Below are positions 1-9,267 of a stretch of 64,000 bases of DNA, piece after piece. Both the position numbers and the translations under genes were made by a program. Numbering within the stretch: position 1 is the stretch's first letter; each line of letters opens with the position of its first letter. The stretch is from Thermoanaerobaculia bacterium (GTDB lineage: Bacteria > Acidobacteriota > Thermoanaerobaculia > Multivoradales > UBA5704). Below the pieces are notes generated by a model. That model did no database searches. It saw nothing but the letters and a program-made list of their open reading frames with translations, and was not told where the DNA came from. Location: the NCBI GenBank assembly GCA_035266085.1, contig DATFNZ010000183.1, positions 68,707-132,706 on the forward strand, read 5' to 3'.

Positions 1-17
1 AGAGAGGACCAGCCCCC

Positions 18-3000
18 CTACCTCACCTCGATCGCCCCCGCCGCACCCAGCAAATCCACCTTGGCGTCCGCCACCTTCTGCCGGAACGCCGGCACGTCCT
101 CGGCGTATAGCTTGTTGAAGTCGGCCAGAACGGACCGGGTCTCGGTCTCGGCCCGGCTCACGTAGCTCTTGGCCGTCTCGGTCGGCGCGCTCCAGGTGGC
201 GGACACGGCGCGTGCCGCCCTCTCGATCCAGGAGCTGGCCGTGAGGTCCTCGACGATGCCCTTGGTGGTCGGCGGCACGTAGAGCCGTTTCTCGACGTCC
301 GAGAGCTTCTTCTGGAGCTGGCGGGCGGACTGGCGGAGGGCCTTGGTCGGGCTGTCCCCACGGCTGTCCCCGCTTTTCGCGGCATCGGCTCCCGCCTGCT
401 GGGTCCGCTCCTTGTCCTGGGCGTCCAGCTTGGCGAGCACGAGGTCGATGTCCTTGCGGGTCGTGCCGATGCGGACGATGGCGTCCGTCAGGGCGTTCTG
501 GAGCTCGCCCACCCTTTGCACGGCCGCCTCCCGGGTCTGCCAGTCCGCTTCCGAGGTCTTGGTGTACGGATCGGGCACGACCTGCACCGTTCCCTTGGCC
601 TCGCGGTCACCGAGCTTCACCGCCACGCCGTAGGTGCCGGGCGGCACCGTGGGCCCCCGGTCCTCCATCTGCGGCCGGCCCCGGGCGTCCGTGGGCGGCG
701 TGCGGAAGGGGTCGCGGGTCAGGTTCCACACCACCCGGTTGAGGCCCAGCGTCGCCGGCCTCTTGAACGTGCGGATCACCTTGCCCGCGGGGTCGGTGAT
801 CCGGATCTCGACCTGCGGCCCCTTGTCGTCCTTCCGGTCGGCGCCGGCCGCCTCGGCTTCCGCCTGGGGCGTGGGAGCCGGCGGATCCTCCTTGAGCGGT
901 CCGGCGGTGCGCGGCGTGGCGGGCTGGAGCTTCTCCCGGGCCGCCACGCGCTCCGCCTCCTTGCGCTCCCGCTCCTTCCCGGCGTCCGGCAGCGGCAGGC
1001 CCGGCGTATTGAGCGAGAAGGTGATCAGGGCGCCGACCGGGCGGTTCTCGCCCTGAAACTCGCCGGCGCCGCCGCCGCGCACGCCGCCGCCCCGCTGGGA
1101 GCGGATCAGCATCGCCGGCTGGCTCGGGTACAGGTGCAGCGGCTCGGCGAGCGTCTCCGCCGAGACCGACCGCAGGGGCGTGATGTCGTCGATCACGTAG
1201 AGCGACCGGCCGTGGGTGGCGACGACGAGGTCGAGGTCGCGCGGATGGATCGCCAGGTCCATCACCGAGACCGTCGGCACGCCGTGGCGCCAGGGCAGCC
1301 ACCGCGCGCCGCCGTCGAACGACGTCCAGAGGCCGAACTCGGTGCCCAGGAACAGCAGGTCCCGGTCCGCCGGGTCCTGCTCGATCGACAGCGCGTAGCC
1401 CCGCAGATCCTTGGTGGCCAGGCTCTTCCAGCTCTTCCCCCAGTCGTCCGTGCGGTAGACGTAGGGCTTGAAGTCCGACCGCCGGTGGTTGTCGAACACC
1501 ACGAAGGCCGAGCCGGCGTCGTGCTTCGAGGGCAGGATGTGGGGGATCCAGGTGTTGGCCGGCACGCCGGGGACGTTCTTCTCGACGCTCGTCCAGGTCT
1601 TGCCGCCGTCGCGCGTCACGTGCAGCCGGCCGTCGTCCGTGCCCACCCAGAGCACGCCCTGCTGCTTCGGGCTCGGGGCGATGGCAATGATGGTGGTGAA
1701 GCTCTCGGCGCCCGTGACGTCCGGCGTCAGGCCGCCGCTCTTCGCCTGCTGCTGCCACTCGGGGTTGTCCGACGTCAGGTCCGGGCTGATGATGGTCCAG
1801 CTATCCCCCCGGTCGGTCGACTTGTGGACGTACTGGCTGCCGTAGTAGATCGTGCCCGGCGTGAAGGGATCGACGGCGAGGCCGGCGTTCCAGTTGAAGC
1901 GGAGCGGCTCCAGGCCGCTGCCGGGCGGCGGCTCGGGCGGCTTGATGGGCGCGGACTCGCGGTTGCGCAGGTTCCAGCGGGTCAGCTCGCCGCCCTGGGA
2001 CATCGAGTAGCCCGCCATCGAGTCCTCCGGATCGGGCCGCGTATCGAAGCCGTCGCCGCCGCCCACCGCCTGCCAGTCGGAGTTGCGCAGGCCGCCCGTC
2101 CAGCTCGCGCTCGGCCCCCGCCAGGAGCCGTTGTCCTGCAGGCCGCCGTAGACGTTGTACGGCGTGTCCATGTCGACCGCCACATGGTAGAACTGGCCGA
2201 GCGGCAGGTTGCTCACGAACCGCCAGGTCTCGCCCCGGTCGTGGCTGATGCCGAGGCCGCCGTCCTCGCCCGCCACCATGTGGCTGGGATCGCGGGGATT
2301 GATCCACAGCGCGTGGTAGTCGCCGTGGATCTCCCGCGAGCGGCCGAGGTTGTCGAAGGTCTTGCCGCTGTCGTCCGACACCATGAGCCGCGCCGTCAGG
2401 TTGTAGATGCGGTTCGGCCACGCGGGATCGACCTCGATGTCGGAGTAGTAGAACGGCCGCTCCGCCGTGCGCTGGTCCTCGTTGGCCTTCTTCCAGGTGG
2501 CGCCGCCGTCGTCCGAGCGCAGCAGGGCGCTCTTCTCCGCCTCCACCAGGGCATAGACAATGTTCGGGTTCGAGCGCGAGATGGCGAGGCCGATCCGCCC
2601 CAGGTCGCCCTTGGGCAGGCCGTCGTCCTCCGTGAAGCGCTTCCAGGTCTCGCCGCCGTCGTAGGTCACGTAGAGGCCGGAGCCGGGGCCGCCCGAGCGC
2701 ATCGACCAGGGCCAACGCCGGTAGTCCCACAGGGCGGCAAACAGCTTGTTGGGATTGCCGGGATCGGCGATCAGGTCCGCCGCGCCCGTCCGCGGATCGA
2801 CGTACAGCACCTTGCGCCAGGTCTTGCCGCCGTCCAGCGTCTTGAACACGCCGCGCTCGGGGTTCTCCCCCCAGGCCTGCCCCAGGGCCGCGACCCAGGC
2901 GACGTTGGGATCGGTGGGATGGAGCACGACCTGATGGATGCGCTCCGTCTCCTCGAGCCCCAGGTGCTTCCAGGTCTTGCCGCCGTCCAGCGAGCGGTAG

Positions 3001-3374
3001 ACGCCGTTGCCGATCGACACGCTGTTGCGCACGTTGGCCTCGCCCGAGCCCACCCACACGATATCGGGATTGGCCTGGAACACGGAGACCGCGCCGATCG
3101 AGGCCACCGGCTGGTCGTCGAAGATCGGATCCCAGGTGAGGCCGCCGTTGACGGACTTCCAGACGCCGCCGGTGCCCGTGCCGACGTACATGATGTCGGG
3201 ATTGGACTCGACGGCGTCGATGTCGGCCACGCGGCCGCTCATGGTGGCCGGGCCGATCGACCGTGCCTCGAGGCCGGCGAGCAGGTCCGGGTCCATGGGG
3301 GCGGCCGCGAAGGCGTTCCAGGGGAAGAGGAGGACGGCCGCGGCGATCGCGGCGGATCTCATCAGTCGTGGCAT
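18..3374 (-). CDS. Secreted BNR/Asp-box repeat protein (sortilin/VPS10-like beta-propeller, glycosidase-like)
   Basis: ORF 18..3461. At least 10 Asp-box motifs S-x-D-x-G-x-T-W (SVNGGLTW, SLDGGKTW, TLDGGKTW, TYDGGETW, SDDGGATW, SHDRGETW, STDRGDSW, TRDGGKTW, TDDWGKSW, SFDGGARW). Start moved to the ATG at 3374 (MPRLMRSAAIAAAVLLFPWNAFAA signal peptide), preceded by GGGAGA. Confidence 0.85.
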   Translation of the reverse strand: MPRLMRSAAIAAAVLLFPWNAFAAAPMDPDLLAGLEARSIGPATMSGRVADIDAVESNPDIMYVGTGTGGVWKSVNGGLTWDPIFDDQPVASIGAVSVFQANPDIVWVGSGEANVRNSVSIGNGVYRSLDGGKTWKHLGLEETERIHQVVLHPTDPNVAWVAALGQAWGENPERGVFKTLDGGKTWRKVLYVDPRTGAADLIADPGNPNKLFAALWDYRRWPWSMRSGGPGSGLYVTYDGGETWKRFTEDDGLPKGDLGRIGLAISRSNPNIVYALVEAEKSALLRSDDGGATWKKANEDQRTAERPFYYSDIEVDPAWPNRIYNLTARLMVSDDSGKTFDNLGRSREIHGDYHALWINPRDPSHMVAGEDGGLGISHDRGETWRFVSNLPLGQFYHVAVDMDTPYNVYGGLQDNGSWRGPSASWTGGLRNSDWQAVGGGDGFDTRPDPEDSMAGYSMSQGGELTRWNLRNRESAPIKPPEPPPGSGLEPLRFNWNAGLAVDPFTPGTIYYGSQYVHKSTDRGDSWTIISPDLTSDNPEWQQQAKSGGLTPDVTGAESFTTIIAIAPSPKQQGVLWVGTDDGRLHVTRDGGKTWTSVEKNVPGVPANTWIPHILPSKHDAGSAFVVFDNHRRSDFKPYVYRTDDWGKSWKSLATKDLRGYALSIEQDPADRDLLFLGTEFGLWTSFDGGARWLPWRHGVPTVSVMDLAIHPRDLDLVVATHGRSLYVIDDITPLRSVSAETLAEPLHLYPSQPAMLIRSQRGGGVRGGGAGEFQGENRPVGALITFSLNTPGLPLPDAGKERERKEAERVAAREKLQPATPRTAGPLKEDPPAPTPQAEAEAAGADRKDDKGPQVEIRITDPAGKVIRTFKRPATLGLNRVVWNLTRDPFRTPPTDARGRPQMEDRGPTVPPGTYGVAVKLGDREAKGTVQVVPDPYTKTSEADWQTREAAVQRVGELQNALTDAIVRIGTTRKDIDLVLAKLDAQDKERTQQAGADAAKSGDSRGDSPTKALRQSARQLQKKLSDVEKRLYVPPTTKGIVEDLTASSWIERAARAVSATWSAPTETAKSYVSRAETETRSVLADFNKLYAEDVPAFRQKVADAKVDLLGAAGAIEVR

Positions 3375-3585
3375 AGGGTTCTCCCGAAAAAATCGATGGT
3401 GAGGGGAGGAGAGGTTCGACATCCACCTCGCTACATAGCGCAGCGTCGAGGGGGCCGTCAACCGGGGATTGTCTCTTCTTTTCCCACGAGCTCGTCAACG
3501 GGTGCGCTCTACCCGCTACCTTGAAGGTATGGGGGTGCGGTCCGGCCATGCCGGCCGGAACTGGCGCCCCTGGAGAGGAGCACCC

Positions 3586-3840
3586 ATGCATCGTGCCACC
3601 TGTCGAGCCGTTGCCGTCTTCCTGCTGGCGCTGGTCCTGGCGTTGCCCGTGGCGGCGCTGCCGGCTCACCAGAGAGCGGCGCCTCGTGCGAGCGTCTGGA
3701 CGGCCCTGTGGGCACGTTTGGCGCCCGTTTTCGGATTCTTCGAGAAGAGCCGGGCGAGCGCCGACCCGAACGGGCTCACCCCGCCCGCGCCGCCGGCAGA
3801 CGACAACGACTCCCGGTCCAGCATGGACCCTAACGGCTAG
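3586..3840 (+). CDS. Small secreted hypothetical protein (84 aa)
   Basis: Internal ATG of ORF 3469..3840, preceded by GGAGAGGAG. N-terminus MHRATCRAVAVFLLALVLALPVAALPA looks like a signal peptide. C-terminus has two DPNG motifs. No family recognised. Confidence 0.45.
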   Translation: MHRATCRAVAVFLLALVLALPVAALPAHQRAAPRASVWTALWARLAPVFGFFEKSRASADPNGLTPPAPPADDNDSRSSMDPNG

Positions 3841-3952
3841 CAGCGCTCCGTCGTCCTGCTTTCCCCTCAACGCCGGTACTCTGCCGGCGTCTTTTTTGTC
3901 CCCAAAAGAGGCCCCGCGGCAACTATACTGTTACAGGAGGAGATAAAAGCCT

Positions 3953-5314
3953 ATGGCAGAGAATCACGTTTCGAGGGAACTGTTGCAGCGGTTCTTCCGG
4001 TCGGAGCTGTCGCGGCGGGACACGCACGAGGTCATCCGGCACCTCATGCGGCGGTGCGAGGAGTGCCTGAGGGTCGCCGTCGAGATCGGGGCCGAGGAGG
4101 GCTACATCTATCAAGACGGGGACTTCCAGAGCGCCCTCTACCCGGACGGCGGGGAGCGCTACAACTCCGTCTTCCTGCGGCTGCTCGGCTCCGCCGATGA
4201 GGTCCAGGCCGAGCTCGCCCGGGAGCGTCTGCGCGGCATCGGACTCTGGCATACCCTGGAGAAGCACGACCAGGAACGGCGGCTGGAGATGATCCGGAAG
4301 GACCCCCGCATGCACACCTGGGGGCTCTACGACCGGCTCCTCGAGAAGTGCCGGGAGATGGGATTCCACGCTCCAGGTCATGCCGCCGAGATCGCGCATC
4401 TTGCCCTGGCCGTGGTCGAGTTGTTGGACCCGGCCCGTTACGGCGCCGCCCGGATCGCTGATTTCCGGGCCGGAGGGCTCGCGGCGCTCGGGAACGCCAA
4501 GCGGCTGGGCTCCGACTTCGCTGGAGCCGAAATCGCCTTTCGCCACGCCCATGAGGAGCTGGCGCATGGCACCGGCGATCCTCTGGAAGAGGCGCATCTG
4601 CTCTCTCTGCAGGCGAGTTGGCAGAAGGATCTAGGAAGCTTTGAGCGGGCGGTCGAGATCCTGGACCGCGCCGCCGAGATCTACCGCGGCTTGAACGACT
4701 CCCACCTGGAGGGGCGCATTCTGCTCCAGCAATCTGCCACGATTGGCTTTGTACAACCCGAAAAGGGCATCGAGCTTGCGCAGGATGGGCTCGCTCTGAT
4801 TGACGCTCTCCGTGAGCCCCTCCTGGAGTGGTGCGGACGGCACAACTTAGCCTTTTTCCTCAACGATGCGGGCCACCCTCACGAGGCGCTCGCCATGCTG
4901 GAGATCTCCCGGCCTCTTTATGCCCAGTTCAAGGACCCCTGGACACGCACCCGCCTTCACTGGCTGGAAGGAAAAATCGCCAGAAACCTAGGGGACCTCG
5001 CGGAAGCGGAGGAGACCTTCAAGCGGCTGTGGTTCGACCTCCAGGAGCCGGCCTATGCGCACGAGCTGACCCTGCTGTCTCTCGATCTGGCGGAGACCTA
5101 CGTGGCGCGGGGAAAACACGAGGAGGCTTTGGAGCTGGTGGAGGAATTCGTTCCGCTCCTCAGGGATTGGGGGATGCACACGGAAGGCCTCGCCATGTGG
5201 CTACTGATGCGGCGGGCCGTCGAGGAGCGGCGGGCGGAGGCGGCGACGTTCCGGCGGATGGCCGAGTACGTCAGCCGGGCGTGGCACCGGCCGCTCGAGG
5301 AGAGGACGAACTAG
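3953..5314 (+). CDS. Cytoplasmic TPR-like helical-repeat protein with N-terminal putative zinc-binding H-x4-C-x2-C helix
   Basis: ORF 3953..5314 with AGGAGG about 10 nt upstream of the ATG. N-terminus RHLMRRCEECLR resembles anti-sigma zf-HC2-type motifs (spacing off by one). The rest is helical repeats. Function not recognised. Confidence 0.7.
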   Translation: MAENHVSRELLQRFFRSELSRRDTHEVIRHLMRRCEECLRVAVEIGAEEGYIYQDGDFQSALYPDGGERYNSVFLRLLGSADEVQAELARERLRGIGLWHTLEKHDQERRLEMIRKDPRMHTWGLYDRLLEKCREMGFHAPGHAAEIAHLALAVVELLDPARYGAARIADFRAGGLAALGNAKRLGSDFAGAEIAFRHAHEELAHGTGDPLEEAHLLSLQASWQKDLGSFERAVEILDRAAEIYRGLNDSHLEGRILLQQSATIGFVQPEKGIELAQDGLALIDALREPLLEWCGRHNLAFFLNDAGHPHEALAMLEISRPLYAQFKDPWTRTRLHWLEGKIARNLGDLAEAEETFKRLWFDLQEPAYAHELTLLSLDLAETYVARGKHEEALELVEEFVPLLRDWGMHTEGLAMWLLMRRAVEERRAEAATFRRMAEYVSRAWHRPLEERTN

Positions 5315-5352
5315 CCGCTTCAGCTCGGACCTGGTTGGCTTTTGCGGGCAAC

Positions 5353-5390
5353 CAAAAACAAAAAGGCCGCCCGGATCGCTCCGGACGGCC
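5353..5390 (-). terminator. Rho-independent terminator after the downstream haloperoxidase gene
   Basis: Stem GGCCGCCCGG / CCGGACGGCC (one mismatch) with a 6-nt loop, followed on the minus strand by TTTTTGTTTTT. Lies between convergent genes. Confidence 0.6.
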
Positions 5391-5415
5391 GTGGGGGAAG
5401 AACGCAGAGGGGGTG

Positions 5416-7131
5416 CTAGACGGTGATCGGCAAGCCGTCGAACTTGGTGAAGGTGAAGCCGTCGAACTTCTCGTTGTAGCAACCGCGCTGGTCGCGCAGG
5501 ATGCTGATGGCGACCTTCTCACCCAGCAGCATCGACTCCAGGGCGTCCGAGCGCCAGTGCACGCCGGCGATGTTGCGGCCAGTGGCCACGTTGGAGGCCA
5601 GCTTGTTGAGCTCGCCGCGCACCGTGAGAGCCGGGCCGTGGTAGGGCTCGAGCTCCAGGCCGTCCGCCGTCGGCACTACCGGGTTCGGGATCACGTAGTT
5701 TTCGTCGAACAGCGCCTTGAGGATCGTCACGCAGGCGCCGGCCACCGTGGCATGGCCCGCCGTGTAGGACGGGTGCACCGGGCTGCCCTCCGGGAAGACC
5801 TGAGGCAGCAGGTAGGTGCCGTACTTGTCGTGCACCCGAGCGACCGCCTCCGAATTGAGCAGCTTCTCATTGAGGAGGCCAGGGTACCGGTTCGCGGTGA
5901 TCTGGTTGTGCACCCGGCCGCCGTAGGCTTCCGGACGCAGCCGGCGGCTGACCTGCCACTTCTTGTGCCAGGTGGCCTTGAGGGCGCGCGTGGAGACCTC
6001 GCACAGCAGCGTCGCGAAGTGCGGGGGGCCGAAAGTGGTGAAGCCGATCTGCGTCTTGTTGCCCACGTAGGGGTTGCCCGGGTTGGGCGGAAAACCACTG
6101 GAGGCCATGATCAGGAGCGCGTTGAAATAGGCCTGGAAGAGGACGTCGATGTGCACCCACTGCGCGAGGTCGCGGCCGGTGCGGATGTAGCGGCGGACCG
6201 GATCGAAGTCATTGGCGGAAGACTCCGGGAAGTGCCCGTTCTGCACGGCCAGCCAGTTGTCGTAGTCGACCAGGTGGTCGGTGTCCGGCAGCAGCGTCCG
6301 CTGCCTGCGCTCGACGTACTCGGTGCCGAACGGCGTGTCCTTCCACATGAACTGAGAGATGTACGGGCCGACCTTGGCGCCCGGGAGGGTGTCGCGGAAG
6401 AGCGTCTGCGGCCTGACGTGTCCGCCAGTCTTCGGGCCCTTGAAGTCGTCCCCGAACGCGTCGAGCTCGGCGCCGGCCGCTGCCACGTCCGGATGGTTGT
6501 GGTAGTCGAGGAAATTGACGTCGAGCAGAGCCTTCATCCAGTAGTGCTCGACCATCTCGCTCGCCATCTCGGCCGACGCGATGGCCGGCGGAGCCGGCAC
6601 CGTGAGGGACATGGCGTCCGCGCCCTGGAGGTCGAAGGCCAGGCCGCCCTGCGGGGAGACCAGCTTGTTCGTGCCGGCCAGGGTAACCGCGTCGAAATCA
6701 TCCGGATCGCCCGTCGTGCAGGCCTTGAGCAGGCCGTCGTAAGCCGCCGGATCGACCTCGCCGAAGGCGTTGTGCGGCAGGCCCTTCGAGAAGTTGCCGA
6801 TGCGGTTGGCGTAGCGGGTTTCGTCGCCGTTGGTGGCGTGCGCGTTCGGCCTGATCTTCACCCAGAAGTCGGCACTGTCCTTGCGGACCTTCCAACTGCC
6901 GTTGCGCCTCAGCCGTCCCGGGCCGTCCGAGGCGGCCTGATCCGTGAAGTCCTCCAGGGAGGGGGCCGCCGCCGCGTGCGCCGCGGGCTCCAGCCCGATC
7001 ACACCCGTCGCCGCCACGGCGGCCGCGCCGCCGAGCCCGCCGAGGAACTTGCGCCGGCTGAGGGCGGATGCATCCGCGTCGCCCTTCACATCCGTAATCT
7101 TGTCGTGACCAACATTCTCGTGAATCGACAT
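5416..7131 (-). CDS. Tat-exported vanadium-dependent haloperoxidase-like / PAP2-superfamily protein (copy 1)
   Basis: ORF 5416..7131 with an ATG start and CAGGAGGAAGG RBS. Twin-arginine signal SRRKFLGGLGGAAAVAA. PAP2/VHPO motifs HKKWQVSRRLRP, HPSYTAGHATVAGA and GRNIAGVHWRSD. Confidence 0.85.
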   Translation of the reverse strand: MSIHENVGHDKITDVKGDADASALSRRKFLGGLGGAAAVAATGVIGLEPAAHAAAAPSLEDFTDQAASDGPGRLRRNGSWKVRKDSADFWVKIRPNAHATNGDETRYANRIGNFSKGLPHNAFGEVDPAAYDGLLKACTTGDPDDFDAVTLAGTNKLVSPQGGLAFDLQGADAMSLTVPAPPAIASAEMASEMVEHYWMKALLDVNFLDYHNHPDVAAAGAELDAFGDDFKGPKTGGHVRPQTLFRDTLPGAKVGPYISQFMWKDTPFGTEYVERRQRTLLPDTDHLVDYDNWLAVQNGHFPESSANDFDPVRRYIRTGRDLAQWVHIDVLFQAYFNALLIMASSGFPPNPGNPYVGNKTQIGFTTFGPPHFATLLCEVSTRALKATWHKKWQVSRRLRPEAYGGRVHNQITANRYPGLLNEKLLNSEAVARVHDKYGTYLLPQVFPEGSPVHPSYTAGHATVAGACVTILKALFDENYVIPNPVVPTADGLELEPYHGPALTVRGELNKLASNVATGRNIAGVHWRSDALESMLLGEKVAISILRDQRGCYNEKFDGFTFTKFDGLPITV

Positions 7132-7344
7132 GCGACCTTCCTCCTGATTGAGCGTTCCCTAGTCATCACACAGATGCGCTGACAGATAGCCGCGCTGAAT
7201 CCGCCCCGGATAGTCGCCTCCCCAGGTCCTGGCACGACTTGGGATGGTAACTTCTTCATTCCGGCGGCACCACAGAGTGCTTCTATGTCCCTCAGTGTGG
7301 GACGTGCCCCAAAACGGGACACACGAAGAATTTCCACGACTATA

Positions 7345-7391
7345 GCGTAGGAAGAAGGAAAGGCGGCACGGCCCCCTTTCGGGAGCCGTGC
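7345..7391 (-). terminator. Putative terminator between the two haloperoxidase paralogs
   Basis: Stem GCACGGCCCCC / GGGAGCCGTGC (one mismatch) with a 4-nt loop, followed on the minus strand by the pyrimidine-rich CGCCTTTCCTTCTTCC. Located 24 nt after the stop at 7415. Confidence 0.5.
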
Positions 7392-7414
7392 GTTCAGGCG
7401 GATCTCGGTCAGGC

Positions 7415-9133
7415 TTAGACGGTGATCGTCGTGCCGTCGAACTTGGTGAAGGTGAAGCCGTCGAACTTCTCGTTGTAGCAGCTCCGCTGGTCGCGCAGGA
7501 TGCTGATGGCGACCTTCTCGCCGAGGCGCATCGACTCGAGGGAGTCCGAGCGCCAGTGCATGCCGGCGATGTTGCGGCCGGTGCCGACGTTGGAGGCCAG
7601 CTTGTTGAGCTCGTTGCGCACCGTGAGCGCGGGGCCGTGGTAGGGCTCCAGCGCCAGGCCGTCCGGCGTAGGCACCACCGGGTTCTCGATCACGTGATTC
7701 TCGTCGAACAGCGCCTTGAGGATGGTCACGCAGGCGCCGGCCACCGAGGCATGGCCCGCCGTGTAGGACGGGTGCGTCGGGCTGCCCTCCGGGAACGCGA
7801 TCGGCATCAGATAGGTGCCGTACTGGTCGTGCACCCGCTCGACCGCCTCCGAGCTCAGCAGCCGGGCGTCGAGGACGCCGGGATACCGGTTGCTGGTCTT
7901 CTGATGGTGCACCAGACCGCCGAAGGCTTCCTGGCGCAGCCGGCGGTGGACCTGCCACTTCTTGTGCCAGGAAGCCTTGAGGGTGCGCGAGGCGACCTCG
8001 GTCATCAGCGCCGCAAAGTGCGGCCCGCCGAAGGTGGTGAAGCCGATCTGGGTCTTGCTGTGGCGGTACGGGTCGCCCGGGTTGGTCGGGACGCCGTTGG
8101 CGGCCATGATCAGGAAGGCGTTGAAGTAAGCCTGGTGAAGGACGTCGACGTGCACCCACTGCGAAAGGTCGCGGCCGTTGCGGATGTAGCGGCGGACCGG
8201 ATCGAAGTCGTTGGCGGCGGACTCCACGATGTGGCCGTTCTGCGTGGCCAGCCAGTTGTCGTAGTCCGTGAGATGGCTGGTGTCCGGCAGCAGGGTCCGC
8301 ATCTTGCGCTCGACGTACTCCGCGCCGTACGGCGTGTCCAGCCACATGAACTGGGAGATGTAGGGACCGATCCGGGTGCCCGGCAAGGTGTCGCGGAAGA
8401 GCGCCTGCGGCGTCACCTTGCCGCCGATCTTCGGGCCCTTGAACTCGCTTCCGAACCCGTCGAGCTCGGCGCCGGCCGTCTTGACGTCCGGATGGTTGTG
8501 GTAATCAAGGAAGTTGACGTCGAGCAGCAGCTTCATCCAGTAGTGCTCGAGGCCCTCGCTCGCCATCTCGGCCGAGGCGATGGCCGGCGGCGGGGGCACC
8601 GAGACGCCCATGGCGTCCACGCCCTCGAGGTCGAAGGCGAGACCGCCCTGCGGCGACGTCATCTTGTTCGTGCCGCCCATGATGACGGCCTCGAAGTCGT
8701 CCGGATCGCCCGTGGTGCAGGCCTTGACCAGGCTCTCGAAGGCCGCCGGCTCGACCTCGCCGAAGGCGTTGTGCGGCAGGCCCTTCGAGTAGCTGCCGAT
8801 GCGGTTCGGATAGCGGGCCTCGTCGCCGTTGGTGGCATGGGCGCCCGGCTTGATCTTCACCCAGAAGTCGGCGGCGTCCTTGCGGACCTGCCAGCCGCGG
8901 TTGCGCCGCAGCCGGCCCGGTCCGTCCGAGGCGGCCCCGGCCGCAAAATTGTCGGGGGAAGGGGCGGCCGCCGCGTTCGCCACGGACTCCAGTCCGACGA
9001 CGCTGGTCGCAACCGCGGCGGCGGCGGCGCCGCCAATTCCGCCGAGAAATCTGCGCCGGCTCAAGGCGGACGAATCCAATGGCTGGTTCCGCTCCGTAGC
9101 TTCGGAGTGAGAAGGGAGCTCAGGGGTGTTCAC
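7415..9133 (-). CDS. Tat-exported vanadium-dependent haloperoxidase-like / PAP2-superfamily protein (copy 2)
   Basis: C-terminal 572 codons of the fused track ORF 7415..10960. GTG start at 9133 (VNTPELPSH...) with AAGGAG 8 nt upstream. SRRRFLGG Tat motif. Motifs HKKWQVHRRLRQ, HPSYTAGHASVAGA and GRNIAGMHWRSD. Colinear with copy 1 along its whole length. Confidence 0.85.
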   Translation of the reverse strand: MNTPELPSHSEATERNQPLDSSALSRRRFLGGIGGAAAAAVATSVVGLESVANAAAAPSPDNFAAGAASDGPGRLRRNRGWQVRKDAADFWVKIKPGAHATNGDEARYPNRIGSYSKGLPHNAFGEVEPAAFESLVKACTTGDPDDFEAVIMGGTNKMTSPQGGLAFDLEGVDAMGVSVPPPPAIASAEMASEGLEHYWMKLLLDVNFLDYHNHPDVKTAGAELDGFGSEFKGPKIGGKVTPQALFRDTLPGTRIGPYISQFMWLDTPYGAEYVERKMRTLLPDTSHLTDYDNWLATQNGHIVESAANDFDPVRRYIRNGRDLSQWVHVDVLHQAYFNAFLIMAANGVPTNPGDPYRHSKTQIGFTTFGGPHFAALMTEVASRTLKASWHKKWQVHRRLRQEAFGGLVHHQKTSNRYPGVLDARLLSSEAVERVHDQYGTYLMPIAFPEGSPTHPSYTAGHASVAGACVTILKALFDENHVIENPVVPTPDGLALEPYHGPALTVRNELNKLASNVGTGRNIAGMHWRSDSLESMRLGEKVAISILRDQRSCYNEKFDGFTFTKFDGTTITV

Positions 9134-9267
9134 GAATCGGTTCTCCTTTTTCGGTTGAAGAGAGTGCTCGGGCGGTGCCAGCGTCCGAGCTTCATCGAAG
9201 GTCGCGCTACGATATTTCCTCTCAAGACTTGAAGGTGCCGTCTCCGCTCCAAAGCGGGACAGCGCTG

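Noticed and set aside
516-3524. Long antisense or off-frame ORFs throughout. Examples: 516..3524, 1801..3870, 4828..7182, 7388..9232, 12597..14927, 15487..17418, 16052..17803, 31218..35108, 32138..35281, 42121..43989, 44206..45609, 54224..57871 upstream of hicB, 58107..61292 and 61374..63317.
   Set aside because: Their Arg/Gly/Ala/Pro-dominated low-complexity translations carry no motifs. Each overlaps a gene with clear family signatures in another frame or strand. This is expected stop-codon depletion in very GC-rich DNA.
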